The notes: generated by a model from the sequence alone, not told the origin. DNA of 60,670 bases, filler included, from Porpidia crustulata (GCA_964255105.1; 6 parts of 6 records of this genome joined end to end with filler, not necessarily neighbours in it); one strand, 5' to 3'; shown: positions 13,587-26,709, counted from the whole stretch's first letter. Made by a program: numbers and translations.

Positions 13587-14540
13587 ATGCAGATTCCGAA
13601 CCCCTTTCGTCGCCCGGCAGGACCCAGGACTCCACATCCCTTCGAGGTCGAACACAACAGGGAAAGTCCCAATAAAGTATGGAAGGACCATTTCATCGCC
13701 ATGAGCGGTGAGTTCGTAGGGACCATCATGTTCCTTTTCTTCGCCTTTAGCGGCACTCAGCTCGCCAACAATCTCACGCCTCCCTCCGATCCAGGCCTCC
13801 AGCGCTTGCTCTTCATAAGTCTGTCCTTTGGATTCTCGCTCGTTGTCACCGCATGGAACTTTTACAGGATAAGTGGAGGACTCTTCAACCCCGCCGTGAG
13901 TAGCCCTGGCCAATTCCCTTTTCTGTTGTACCTCAGTGTCTCACAGTCTGCCAGGTGACTCTTGGAATGGTGATTACGGGCACGCTTCCCCCTATCCGTG
14001 GCCTTTTGCTTTTTCCGGCACAGATGCTTGGTGGTATGGTCGCGGCAGGATTGGTCCGATGCATGTTCCCGGGTCCGCTCACGGTGAACACGACACTCGC
14101 CTCTGGAACCTCTGTCGCCCAAGGCCTCTTCATTGAGATGTTCCTCACGTGCGAATTGATCTTCACGGTTCTGATGTTGGCTGCCGAGAAATCAAAGGCC
14201 ACCTTTATTGCACCAGTCGGCATTGGTTTGGCCTTGTTCGTTGCCGAGCTTGCTGGTATGTTCCCCGGCAGCCTTGGAAATTCATATGTGATGGTGCTGA
14301 TATATTATCGCAGGAGTTTACTACACCGGCGGCTCCCTCAATCCCACTCGGTCCTTTGGTCCTTGTGTCGCCAATCGCCACTTTGAACATTACCATTGGA
14401 TATATTGGATCGGTCCAGCCTTGGGAGCGTTGGTCACAGGAGGATATTTCCATTTCGTTAAATTTTTCAACTACCAGGAAGCGAACCCAGGACAGGATGC
14501 CATCAACGACCGCGAGGCGGAGAGTGCGAAAGCGGAGTAA
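13587..14540 (+). CDS. Aquaporin (MIP family), three exons
   Basis: [47 protein letters not shown]; stop TAA at 14538-14540. Confidence 0.95.
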
Positions 14541-15044
14541 GCTGCTCCGCAGTCGTTCTGGTACCTGACCCTGAGATTGTTACGAGGGTTTTGAACCGAG
14601 TTCCACTGCTCGGAGCCCATCTTCCACATTCTGTACGTGTTATACATTCGAGAAAGTTCTGGCATCGTGGCGTGAGGTCAGTGCTGTTCCTCATGGAGCG
14701 TTCCAGCATTTTCATGATGCAGCTCTGGCAGCTGTTGAATTGCAATAGCTTTCCCAAGCTCCCGGGTTGGAAAAATTTGTCATTGGGTTTTGGATGGGAT
14801 TCCCACTTGGATTCTCCCTATGAATAATGACAAGATAGACACACAAAAGGGAGTGAACTGCGATCTAGTATACGATTTACCTTCGAAGAGTCATTTGTTT
14901 ATTTATACGCTGATAGATGTAATTTAAACATTCTGAAAAGTTGTTGGCCATTCATTTCCTTGCTCCAACACTTCACTGTGTCAATCCATCCATTCCAATT
15001 ATGATTCTTTCCAGATCTTCTATTAATTCTCAACCCATTGCAAT

Positions 15045-16224
15045 ATGCGTCCTGAAAGCCTCCCCCGATCCTTAGATTCGAGCTACCTTATCGATCTGGT
15101 CCGGCCCAAACCCTCATCCCTCATCCCCTTCTGCTAACTCCTAGTAGTCCAGAATCCAACGCCACCAGGCCGTCAAATTCCGCCGTTCCGCCGTCAACAC
15201 CACGATTGTTCATCATCCATATCCCCCTTTCCGCCTTCTCGATCTTCCCCGCGACGCCCGCAATCTGATTTACAGCTTCGTGTTGCACGGCCGTCGTCCT
15301 GAGGGCGCCCCGACATCGTACATTGTGACTATTGCGGGCGACCGCTGCACGAATACGTCAGCCGCGCGCGGCCTGCTGGTTGCGAACCGACAGGTCTACG
15401 ATGAGGCGCTGCCGCTGCTCTACGGTCCGAAGCGATTTGACTTCGCCGAGGTAGGTTCCGTAGTTCCGTGGCTGATGCTGCGGTCGGAGCGGGCACGAGG
15501 ATGGGTGCGACATGTGGGGTTGCGGGTGGATGTTGGTGTGGTTAGGTGGACGGGAACCAGGGAGGTATGGGAGCAGTGGAGCACACTGTGTAGGTATCTG
15601 GCGCGGAGCCTGCGACTCAAGACGCTGGCTGTGGAATTGGTTAGCTCGAGGGGCGCGGTGCGATGCGAGGGATTCCACGAAGACGTGTGGGCAAAGTTAT
15701 TGTGCGAGATCACGGGTCTAGATGTGCTGACGATCGAGACGAAAAAGGAGAATATCGTCGTCGATGATAACTCCTTCGCTTTCATGAAGGCGAAGATACA
15801 GAAACCACAGCCCGGCGCGGCCGCGTCGCGTTTACTATCCCTGCCCCCAGAAGTCCGCTGGAGAACCTACGAATGCCTGCTCGTGTCAAAAATCCCCGGC
15901 CGCTTCAACATCTCGTTCGAGGAAAAGGACCCGAATCCAGTTCTCAAGTGCCGACGGTCGTAAATCACGGCCAAACGCGCCGTGCCCTACGATCCGCCGA
16001 TTCGGCTGGCGCCAGGCTGCAAGCCGAACTTGCACCCGGCTATTCTGAGAACTTGCAAGCAGATTCGAGGAGAGGCGACGGAGATGCTGTTTGCGAGGCA
16101 GCATATGGGGCGTTTGGGGGGGAGGAACGCTGTTGATGGAGCGGAGTCGAAGGTTTTGGTTACGCGGGAGGGCCAGAGGGGGGAGCATCTTTTGGTGGTG
16201 AGGAGGAATTTTTGGGATGAGTGA
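15045..16224 (+). pseudogene. Tandem F-box-like repeat protein interrupted by an in-frame TAA (pseudogene or truncated gene)
   Basis: Repeat 1 is FRLLDLPRDARNLIYSFVL...GLLVANRQVYDEALPLLY. Repeat 2 is RLLSLPPEVRWRTYECLL...[TAA 15961-15963]...AILRTCKQIRGEATEMLF, in the same frame. The first exon (15045, weak GTCCGG donor) is tentative. Confidence 0.6.
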
Positions 16225-16661
16225 TTGGAGACGGTGTGCTTGGTCGCGGACGATGAGCGTTGAGGCTCTGCGTGGGGAGAATTTTGTTGGATTGGAGACT
16301 GTCATTGATCTGCTTGGAGAGAATGGGAAAACGTAGGAGTCCACTGGTGTATATGGTAGAAATAGTCTTGGGTTTAAGGAATGGATTCTTGTTATTGCCA
16401 TATCCGAATTCAAAAGGTGGTCCGATATAAAGTATAAAGAAGGACATGGTTGTAGGAAATAGAATAACGATCGTTCGATCGAACATAAAATCGACTCATG
16501 AACCTTTTGCAGCGCCTGGATTTTGTAGTCATCATCCAGAAAAAGCGACCCAAAATCCTGCAAGTCGTAATTTGGTATCCTAATAATTGTAGACAAATAC
16601 CTCATTACTTCTTCAAAACCATCAAGTGCAGCAACCTCCTCACTACACATTCTGCCCTATC

Positions 16662-17099
16662 TCATCTCACAACTAGCTCGTGCCTTCTCCTTCCACCAAA
16701 TAGACCCCTCTTCCCTTTTTCCGCCTTCTCGGAAATCTCATAGCTCGGTGGTCCGTCGTCTAGCTCCCTCGAAACGTCGATCATCTCATATGGAGCCTCG
16801 TTGTTCCCCCTCCAAACAATATCAGCTGACCTCCTCCCATCGTCCATGGGCATTGATGTTTGCCTCTGCGCCCTGGGACACCCCTCCCGGTGCGTCCTCC
16901 CATCCCATTGCTCTTGCGCACAAAAGCATATTTCGCGCTGTTGCGCTGACTGCGTTCGCGCAAGATGTGCAGCGTGGTCTTTCTCGAGCTCGGAGTAGCG
17001 GATGTTGTTGACATTGCTCCGGGCATCGCGTTTCTTTTGGCGTGATTTCTGGACTTTGTCGTATGTTAAGGCGCCGGCGTAGAGGAGAAGGGAGGCCAT
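16662..17099 (-). CDS. Small hypothetical protein (145 aa)
   Basis: Single ATG-started ORF with a protein-like N-terminus (MASLLLYAGALTYDKVQKSRQKK) and a PPSY motif; no family recognised. Confidence 0.6.
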   Translation of the reverse strand: MASLLLYAGALTYDKVQKSRQKKRDARSNVNNIRYSELEKDHAAHLARTQSAQQREICFCAQEQWDGRTHREGCPRAQRQTSMPMDDGRRSADIVWRGNNEAPYEMIDVSRELDDGPPSYEISEKAEKGKRGLFGGRRRHELVVR

Positions 17100-18174
17100 T
17101 GCTCGATAGTCAGTATTTGTCGAAGACGAGCGAGATTCAAAGGTCTAAAGGTTTAAATTTAAGTTGTAAGCCGCTGAGGATTTTTGATATGAAAGTCCTG
17201 AAGATCCAGCCGGAGCTGAGGTTGTCTAGGGCGTCATGAGGCAAAGCTTAGGGCGTGTTCGCCACCATGGATCGGACCGTTGAACGTCCGTTTCTAATGG
17301 AAGGCTGTGGTGAGCCGGCGTTACTGTGCTGGAAAGAGACATTTCGAAAATCTAATGGAAAGCAAGTATGATAGACAGCCATCATGGACTGAGCCAACGT
17401 TTTACCCTTCCAAATTTCTCCTTTAATTACCGTCGCAGAGCTGAAGAGTGAAATATCTTGTTGATGCATAATACCCTACGGAGTAGTATATCTGAGCATG
17501 ACTTAAATCCGATTACAGTGGTTGAGTGGTGAGTGTGATGGACGGGAAAACAATGATCTGGAGAATATCTGAGAAGCGATGCCCTTGATCATCGAATTGG
17601 ACACATCAGAGCAAAGTTATGAGAGTCTGCTGTACCGTGCCAATAGCTACAGCAGGGAAGCGATCAAGAATCATTTAGGCCGCATGTTCGGCCCTCTGGC
17701 GCAAGCTTGATCGGTCACATAGACACCTTCGCGTCGATGACCTTCTCTTCCTAGGTGTAAATCTTTCCGTATGCAAAGGTTCTGAGCTTTGCAGCTTCTT
17801 AAGAAAACACAAGTCTGTCGTTGCTCACTTTGGTCATCTGTACAGCTGTAACGTTGCAGTGCTAGATAAACCCCCGCTTCTTCCAAATGCGGGATCAGGG
17901 CTACTCTACGTTCCTGACCTCATTCCTCTACATCTCACATCGTTTTCGTTCGATTTCGATTGGATTTTCTATCTGCACCGTGATTTCCCACCACTCTCTG
18001 AACCCTATTTTCTACCTTCGATCCGGTCATCCACCATGATGTTCCCCATGACCTTTTCCACGCTCACGTGTGTTGTTCATCACCAATATGCCGGACTTTC
18101 TTCTTTTCTCATGGCTGCATTTCTGAAAGCCTTGCAATCTTCTTTTGACAACTTTCACATCCTCTAAGGCCAAG

Positions 18175-19842
18175 ATGCATAATGCTTTGAGCGTTCTTTT
18201 GGTGCTTTCCATTGCGGTGCTGGTGCGTGCGCAATGCCCAGACTACGCAAGCTATGCCAGCACCGCCCATCCACCATTTTCGAGTGGGCAGTACAATCTC
18301 TCATACCAGCGCCCAGCTCCGAATTGCCGGACATTCACCCTGCCTGAGGTCGAAAGCACCATTACACGCCTGCGGACTACCATCAAGGACCTAGATCTCT
18401 TCCGGCTGTTTGAGAACAGCTTCCCCAACACTTTAGATACAGCCGTTAAGTGGAAAGGGTATGCAGCTGGCACGCAAGAAGAACTGACCTTCTTGATCAC
18501 TGGAGATATGTAAGTTCATGGTCACTTGCGACCAATAGTATAGCTTTTAATCCAACATCCTAGAAATGCCATGTGGCTACGGGACTCGGCAAACCAGATG
18601 CAATCCTACTTACCATTGCTCAATGCTTCATCTGCCAATAATTCTCTAGCGTCGTTATACCGCGGTGTGATCAATCTGCAATCCAGATATCTCCTAAAAT
18701 CTCCATTCTGTAACTCGTTCCAGCCGCCTGTAGAGTCAGGTATTGCTCCTGCAAATAATGGAGCAGCAACCAGCGACCAGGTTGTCCCGCCCTACGACAA
18801 AAACTTTGTGTTCGAGTGCAAGTACGAATTAGACTCCCTCGCAGCTTTTCTGGAGGTTTCCACAAACTACTACATTGCAACCAAAGACTCTGCCTTCTTT
18901 GGGAAGTACCAATGGGTCGATGCTGTCAAAGCCGTCATAAACGCCGCGGAGTCCATGACAGTACCCACATATGCCTCCACCGGCAGCGTGAACACCAGCC
19001 CTTACACCTTCCAAAGAACCACCAACCGCGCCTCCGAGACCCTTGAGAATAATGGCCTCGGAAACCCCACCCAAAGCGGTACCGGCCTCATACGATCCGC
19101 ATTTCGACCTTCAGACGACGCAACCATCTATCAGCTCTTCATTCCCGCTAACATGATGTTTTCCCGTTATCTTGCCTCGGCGGCAGAAATTGTCCAGAAC
19201 CTTGGCGGCAACAGTGATCTAGCGAACCAAATGACAGGTCTTTCACAATCCCTTCAAGTCGCCATCAACAAATACGGCATCCGCGACGACCCGAACCACG
19301 GCCGCATCTACGCCTATGAAGTCGATGGGTACGGCTCTATGAACATCATGGACGACGCCAACATCCCCAGTCTGCTCTCGGCGCCCGTCTATGGATATCT
19401 TGACCGCAACGACCAGGTTTATCAGAACACAAGGAAGGTTGTCTTGAGCGCCGATAATCCCTACTTCATGCGCGGGCCGGTCATCAACAGCGTTGGCGGA
19501 CCGCATAATGGACCTGGCTACGCGTGGCCGATGGCGAGTATTGCAAGGATTCAGACAAGCGACAATGACACGGAGATTACGAGTACACTCAAGGAGCTTG
19601 TGAGCAGCACTGCGGGCTTGGGTTTGATTCACGAGAGCATCAATTCATCTAATCAGAAGGATTGGACGAGGCAGTGGTGAGTTGCACCCACGCTTGTGAT
19701 ATATTTGGTGGTGATTTATCTGGCTGGGTGTGTACTGACGTAGGTCATGAATAGGTTCTCGTGGGCAAACGGGCTGTTCGGGGAGATGATCCTTGATCTC
19801 GAAAAGAGGAAGCCGGAGATTTTGAAGCTGAGTTTTCAGTGA
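18175..19842 (+). CDS. Secreted glycoside hydrolase family 125 (exo-alpha-1,6-mannosidase, DUF1237)
   Basis: Signal peptide, then [66 protein letters not shown] and TRQW|FSWAN. Confidence 0.92.
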
Positions 19843-20169
19843 CGGGGGCGGGCGATGGGCAACGCTGTCGATCCGTGGCTCAACCGATCTCTGTTGAAAC
19901 GAAGCCTGCTTCATCAGTATCTATTCTACTCAATGACCCTCAATTCCCCCATTATTAATACTGCAATTTTTACCGATACCTGTCATTTATCTCAAGCCCG
20001 TCACTCTAGTATTACAATCTCATTGACTTTGGTACATTGCCCAAAGCTGAGCAGCCGCTTGGATTTTGATGTTATATGCCTTGCCTTCGTACCCGTGATC
20101 TTATGTCCGTACCGTTACCCTATATACCGAAGCTTATACACACAATCAAATCCCACATTCCACTAACCC

Positions 20170-20269
20170 NNNNNNNNNNNNNNNNNNNNNNNNNNNNNNN
20201 NNNNNNNNNNNNNTTAATTAATTAANNNNNNNNNNNNNNNNNNNNNNNNNNNNNNNNNNNNNNNNNNNN
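20170..20269. other. Artificial contig linker N44-TTAATTAATTAA-N44
   Basis: Same 100-bp structure; core at 20214-20225. Confidence 0.98.
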
Positions 20270-21801
20270 CTTTTACGCTTTCTTGCTGTTTGAGCAGAGA
20301 CTCCAATATCGTAGGCCGTACTTTCTCCCCTGTTGCGAGGCAGATCAAGTCATCGGTACGGCCGGCAATGGAGAAATCCAACTGTCCAATGTCGCTGTCG
20401 AGGGAGCATTCCCTTCTAGTCACGATCAGATCTTGGAGCTCGAAGCGCTCTTGCCACCCGAATGGTCTCATACTGAGCTTGTACCTGTAGGTTCGTTCAG
20501 AGTCAGAGTCACCAGATTCAGACTGCAAGTGTTGGGGCTGAGTTATGTCCATATCGACACGGTCGAGTCTGACTTGGAGCGGTCTGAGCGTGTCGCTGCG
20601 CAACCTGAGTCGACGCCAGTTGTATCCCTTGCCAGGTACAAAAAATGGGGTCAAGGGGCCAGTCTCGGTGGCGCCATATTGGTTGATTAGTTTCACTCCC
20701 GCAGACTCGAGCCTCTCCCCGGCAGACTCCTCTGGTACGCCGCCACCGAAAGCGACAAAATCCAGTCTTCGAAGAACTTCGTGCCCTTTGTTGCCTGGTA
20801 AAGACTCGATTTCTTCCAAAATCGACGGCACGGTCAACAATGCTTTCGCTCCAGAGTCTTGTATGAGGGCTGCGATCGATGCCCCGTTTGGAATCATGGA
20901 GGGCGGAGGGATACAAACTGTCTTGCCGATACCAAGGGACATGCAGATTGATACAAAGCCAAAGCCCTGTCGCCACAGTTAACCCGAAGTCCGCAGCCCA
21001 GCCTTAATTATTGTTACTTACGTGGAAGAATGGCGGTGTTGAGATGGTCAGACCGTGAGCTTCTTCGTTGGAGCTGAAGCTGTGACATGTTGCGTAACCC
21101 AAGAAGTATCTATGGGAACAGGGTATTGGCTTCGGTAGCCCTGATGTCCCTGAAGAATGGAGGATGATCACCTGGCGGTCTTCTTCCGAAACGAAATGGT
21201 TTGGATGCGCAGTACATGTAGCGGGTCGACCTGCATTTGCAACTTCCTCTTCTTCAAGCAAGGCTTCGTATCCAGCTACGAGGCGAATCGTAACTCCATT
21301 TCCCTCTTCACCTTCTTCTTGTTTACCATCTTCTGCGGCCGGAAAAGCCTCGGAAGCGAGAGGCTGCAGGCGTGGCGATACGAGAGTGAGCTTCGCGCCT
21401 GTTTCTCGGATGAGATGGCGCGCGGCAGGCGCACTCAAACGTGCCGATAGAAGTACAACTGGTATGCCCATGCCCATGCATGCGAGCACATAGATGGCCA
21501 GACCCACGTGGCTTTCCATCAAGATGGCAATGGGGGGGCATTTCTTTACATACTCGTCAGCATCCACGATGGGCGGATAAAGACCGATGGCTTGTTTTTC
21601 AAGCCAAGCCTGGCAGCGGACAATGGCTTGCTGAAGTCTCTGGTAGCTCACTGGCACGAAACGGCTGTCTTTTTCGACTTGGAGGCAGAAGAGGTGCTGA
21701 GGGTTGTTCTCACCGTGGAAGTCAACAAGCTCAGGCAATGTCCGTATACCCAACCCCGCGGTCGGGTTCAGGCTCACCTCAGGAGGTATGAAAGCTGCCA
21801 T
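20270..21801 (-). CDS. NRPS-like adenylation-domain megasynthase, N-terminal part only (cut by the contig end)
   Basis: A3 motif ILHSSGTSGLPKPI, PPFFH|GFG (intron 20967-21021), AFGGG, A5 motif NQYGATETG, A8 motif GRTDDLICLATGEKVRP; the frame is open into the linker. Confidence 0.88.
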
Positions 21802-21840
21802 CTTCGCGGCGAGTGTGGTCTCGGCAAAATTTTGCCTCAC

Positions 21841-21853
21841 AGGGTTAGGGTTA
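21841..21853 (+). promoter_or_regulatory. Telomere-like box AGGGTTAGGGTTA, 40 bp upstream of the NRPS-like ATG
   Basis: Two tandem TTAGGG-phase units are seen; a regulatory role is inferred only. Confidence 0.3.
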
Positions 21854-22388
21854 CTACGTTCTGATGGTTGCAGCTGGAAATTACGAGCCACGCGCGTTGA
21901 TGCTCTTTCATCCAACTCTTCACGAGAAATTTGTGCGGGAGGGACATCTCAATTTGCAGATTAGTCCCTCGTCACCGTTGACCTCAGCCTTGGAGGGAGA
22001 ACCAGCCAGATTGGAGTGGCCCCAACTTGGGCTACCAGACCGAAAAGTGTGACGAGAGAACTCGGGTCCCCCTTGAGCACTAATGCAGTCATCCCGCCAG
22101 CTACCTCTCCGGCCGCCAGAGAGCCAGGAACAAGGACACATGTAACGTCAAATGGGCTGTATAAATTTTCAAACCAAAATACAGCGACGTTTTACAGGCC
22201 CAGAGTATGATCTGTTGAACAGAGACCAACTTGTTCTCGCATATCCCCTGTAACTCCCCAATTTTCTTTTATATAGCTTCTATATAGACCCATCCTCCCT
22301 CACAAGGGCTTTTTACGCTACCCATGCTTTTGTTCAACATCATCTATATGTGTAATCGTGTATGCAGCGGCACCCAAGTGGACCCATC

Positions 22389-23913
22389 TCAATCATCATT
22401 GACAATGCACCGAATTTTGAGGGCCGCGCTGTGTTTGAGCAAGCTTCCCATAATCTCCTGAGCAACATCCGGATCCACCTGCCTCAGCGTCAGAGTGGCA
22501 CTGCCCTTCCTGTCGTGATCCAAGGTGTTGTTCCCGCCGTTGCTCTCGATGTGCCCTCTGCCCCTCGCGTCGTCGCCGCTTCCGGGCATGCCAAGTAAGC
22601 CGATATCAAAGGGTTCGGAATTTTGAAAGTAGTGCTCATCCACGGGACTTTCGGTCCACCACGAAGGTTGGGAACTAGCCACGGTTGAGGTTGATACTTC
22701 GGGTGGATCGAACCAAGAAAGACAGTCGCTGCTGGGTGTCGGTAGCTCTGGGTAAGTCTGGACCTGTGCCGTAAAGCCTGTCCAGTTCGGGTCAAGGATC
22801 GAACCGGCGTCCTGGGGTATCTCCAACGATGCACGCGATTGCTGAAAGTGCGTGATACTCGGAGAATCAATTCCAGGCTCCAGGGCAACGCTCGGTTTCT
22901 GCTGGATGACGGCAGTTCTGGACGGCTCGTGCGGTTGGTGCAGTCCTGCGGACCCGGTGTACTCGCATTCGGAATTTCCATCGGATGCGTCGTCGTCGTC
23001 GTCATCGCCATCGGGTCCGTCCCCAATCACGTCGTCATCGTTGGAACTGGGGCTCGATTGCTGAGCCGTGACAGAACCCCTAGCAAGCATATTCCGGCTC
23101 CGGCGTCCGAGAAGAAGGCTCCTGTGACTATAGTCAAATAATGTCCGGCCGGAGGAAATGATGGCGGAGGTGATGTTTTTGGACTCACCGATTTCGAATA
23201 TCGTGGGTGGAACGGTCAGGCAGATCGGTAAGCCGGATCTGCTTCCAGTTGTTCCCATGCCTTACTACGGCCTCCAGCAATCTTCCGTCCTCTTCCGGAG
23301 TCCACGGAGTGTGCTTGGAGTCGGACCCCAACACATGCTGCCATCGTTTGGCGCACTCTGCCCCCACCCCCCGGGTTCATGTCAGTTGGGAGTGGGGAAC
23401 GGACCGAACGAATCCTACATGATGGAAAGCCATTCACTTACGGTCTGCATTACGACTTTGCACCATGGTGGCCACTTGAGACCATCTACGAAATGGTAAA
23501 TGGTGAGCGTCAAAACTGTGAACCAACTTTGCACAATCAAGCGTGGGAAAAGGCGAGAGGCAACCAACTTGAAGCCGAGTTGCTGCACCGCTTGCTGCAG
23601 CCTCCCATCTTCGTCTCGTGTCCATGCCCCCTTCCTGATGTCCAGTTGGACCTTGGACCATCGCTTACGGCAGTCCTTGTTCGTGCGGCCGGGCAACAAG
23701 ACGGCGATGTCGTTCCAGTTTTGGACGCTCTTGTCTTTCGTCATGTGACATTGGTCGTTAGTTTTCAACCCGTCATCTGGGGGGGAAAAAATGCAACCAT
23801 GATGTGAAAATCCAAGAATAAGTAGGAGAGCGTTTACATTGAATTTGCACTCCGCTCTTGAGGATGTCATCCTCCTGACTAGTCCACCATCGCCGTTCTC
23901 GCGTAGGAGGCAT
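22389..23913 (-). CDS. Myb/SANT transcription factor with three repeats and an acidic C-terminal region
   Basis: MPPTRERRWWTSQEDDIL|...NWNDIAVLLPGRTNKDCRKRW; KGAWTRDEDGRL...|WSQVATMVQSRNADQ|CAKRW; PWTPEEDGRLL...NNWKQI...RSTHDIRNR; then a D-rich tail in ORF 22389..23258. Confidence 0.88.
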
Positions 23914-24582
23914 TGTCTAACTTGGTGAAGAGAAAAAGAAAGAAAAGAACCAAGTCTTTGTAGATTTTCTGGATGACCACACATGCATATATGTACAGCT
24001 CCATGAACTCTCCCCCCCCCCATGCAGGAATCAGAATTCAGTGGTCTGGAGCGGCTATCCTCGAAGATCGCAATCAATCCTTGGTTGTCGCACGAGAAGC
24101 TCGCCGCAGCAAGACACCGACATTTCCTCATTGGTAGGTGAAGTGTTTCTTCTACAGGCTGGGGAGGTTGTTCAGCTGCGGCCAAGACGTAAGGCATCCA
24201 ATAACGTATCTACCTTATCTGGTGACCGCCAGTTTGATGCAGTGGCCGCGGCGAAGGTGAGAGACCACGATATGTAGGCATCTGTCAGCCCGGAAAGTTT
24301 AGCTCACGAAGGTTTTCTACTTTTTTTTTTCTCCTGCAGATTGTCTGTAATCGGTTGGAAATGGGTCTGTCGTGTTGGGGTTCAGGTAGTTTATCGAAGT
24401 CTTTTCATTGAGGGGGGTCTGGGGTTGATGCAAGCTCGATCACAGCTTCTACTAGAAAGCACTTGAATTTGGCCTTTATCATGCTACGTGGAACCGTTTC
24501 GCTTCTGATCAGGATGATAGGGAATCAATCAGTAGCAGAAACCCTAAACTTTGCGCCTTCCGAATCCCTAGTCCAACGAAAA

Positions 24583-25721
24583 TCAAGTCTGCGAGAGCTG
24601 CGAGATACACCCAGGCTGTACCCCTTCCAGCCAGGCAACGAGCTCCTTCCAGATCCCCTTCTGCAAGCATTGGCCCTCTGCATTGCTGACCCAATCCGGC
24701 ACCCAGTACTCCTTGATCTTACAACCCGAGAGGAGCTTTCCGTGGCTCTCGTCGCCGGCCACCAAACCGTGCAGGATCGTGCGACTGCCCACCTCGGCAG
24801 TTCGCGCCATCATGGCTCGAACCGACTCGTGCATGATCTTGGTGAAAGTTCTGGCGTCCCGGCCCAAGCCGGTCGAGCAGAGACCGGGGGCGACCATGTT
24901 CACGATCACGCCGGTACGCTCTACAGGGCACAAGGATGCAAACTGGCGAACGGCACACTCTTCTACGAGCTTTGTGAGAGCGTACCTGGTTTGATTGTAT
25001 GTTAGTGTCGCAGTCCATTATTCACGTAGCAGATCACACAGTGTTTGGGAAGACAGTTGATCTCTTACCGTGAGTCCATGTTAGCCCGTTTTTGGTCGTT
25101 GAGTCCATCAAAGATACTGCCTTGGCGGCTTTTGTCTATCTCGCCCTTGACGGTGTATCCTAGAACACTGACGATGAAGACCAGAGTGGGGTGTATCCCA
25201 AATTTGCGTCCACTCTCGCTCAATTTGGGCATCATCAGAGCTCCCAGAAACAAGGTGTTGATGACATTCACGGTGATGCTGGTCTCCATGCCCTCTGTAG
25301 TTGACCATGCGTCTATCATAATGCCAGCGTTGGCCACAAAACCATCAATCCTGTCCAATTCTGTCGATGCTTTCTTGACAAAGCTCTGAATAGACGCAGA
25401 CGATGCCATGTCGAGGTGCATTATCTGTTACAGATATAAGTTCAGGAACCGTTCTTGGGACACTTACAGCGTACTTACTTGTATGACTCCCTTGCGACCC
25501 GTTGATTTCTCAATGTCCAGTTTTGCAGTCTCTCCTGCCTTGAGATTCCGCACCGCCAGGACAACGCATGAGGCCGAGGATTCAACAAGATGCCGTGCAG
25601 TCTCCAGGCCCAGGCCAGTGTTGCTGCCTGTGACTACGTAGGTTTTCCCGGAGCAAGTCGACTTATCGGTCAGGATAGGCAGCTTCTTGTACTGCTCGGC
25701 AGTTAATCGAAGCATCACCAT
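24583..25721 (-). CDS. Short-chain dehydrogenase/reductase (classical SDR)
   Basis: TGSNTGLG (TGxxxGxG), ANAGI, YALTK (YxxxK), VAPGLCST; two introns. Confidence 0.92.
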
Positions 25722-26709
25722 CTTGCCTGTGCTGTGGTTACGTCGCTGAGATTGTTGTTAAGGACCAAGATGTAGAAATGAACTCGAGGTGAGCGGGAAA
25801 TGAGGGTGCTGTTGTGATCAAATAAAATCATAACTGCGCAATGTGTCTGAGGGAATTCACAGCCCTTAAATCCGAGGCTTACACAAAGAGGGCTGTTCCT
25901 TCCAGGCTCCTCAGATTCTATTGCCATCGTCTTTGAGCGCAAATGGACCAATTAGATATTGATATTCGTTTCAGGTTAGATCGATTCACTTTCCCATTTC
26001 TTGGCCAATCAGATATTGTTTTCTTCTTTTGAACTAGCGCTTCGTGTTTGCTCAATCGGGCTGACATTGTATTCCCTTTCAGGCAAATAATGCGGTAGTA
26101 ATTGCGCCTCAAGCTTCGTGTAAGCTTCGTGAGTTCAGACGTCACATATCATAATCAAAGTACTCCTAGTCTAGACGTGAATTAAGAAGTACTCTGAAGT
26201 ACCCCGAATATGTGCCACGAGACTTACCTACACAACAACTGAAGCACATTAAACCACCGAGACACCTCTCAGATACTATTTCCTGATAGAGTTGACCAGG
26301 TACGCCGCGATGCTATTGTAATAAGGATTAATTGTTGATTGTATCAAGACTACGTGATGAAGATTGAATCAAAAGTATACAAAGTGTTAGGGCCAAGTCT
26401 CACGACTTGATATTTCGCCTTTTCGCTCGAGGGAGACAAAGCCCTCATGGTCGAGCGGCTTAGCGCAGACAAAATCTTTCACCGGGAGATTTTTTATTAC
26501 CGACATCGGGGAAGCTTTCATCAATAATCCATCTGCCAATCTTCAGGATGAGAGATTCCGATGACGGGCCAGCAGCTATTTATAAGGCAGCCTTAGACGT
26601 GAAATGTCGAAACAGCCATTCCTAGAATCGTCATAAGGATGGCTTACGATGTTGATGCAGACCTTTCTGCTCATACTATCCGTATCTGAGAGAATCTGTA
26701 TCCTCTTCT

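Noticed and set aside
20163..20169. Contig ends reading CTAACCC (and ATAACCC at 30293-30299) as telomeres
   Set aside because: These are single partial units in the wrong orientation for a right-hand chromosome end; C-rich contig ends are common assembly break points.
18175..21801. GH125 gene as a member of the NRPS-like cluster
   Set aside because: It is separated from the cluster by an artificial linker, so the two are on different contigs.
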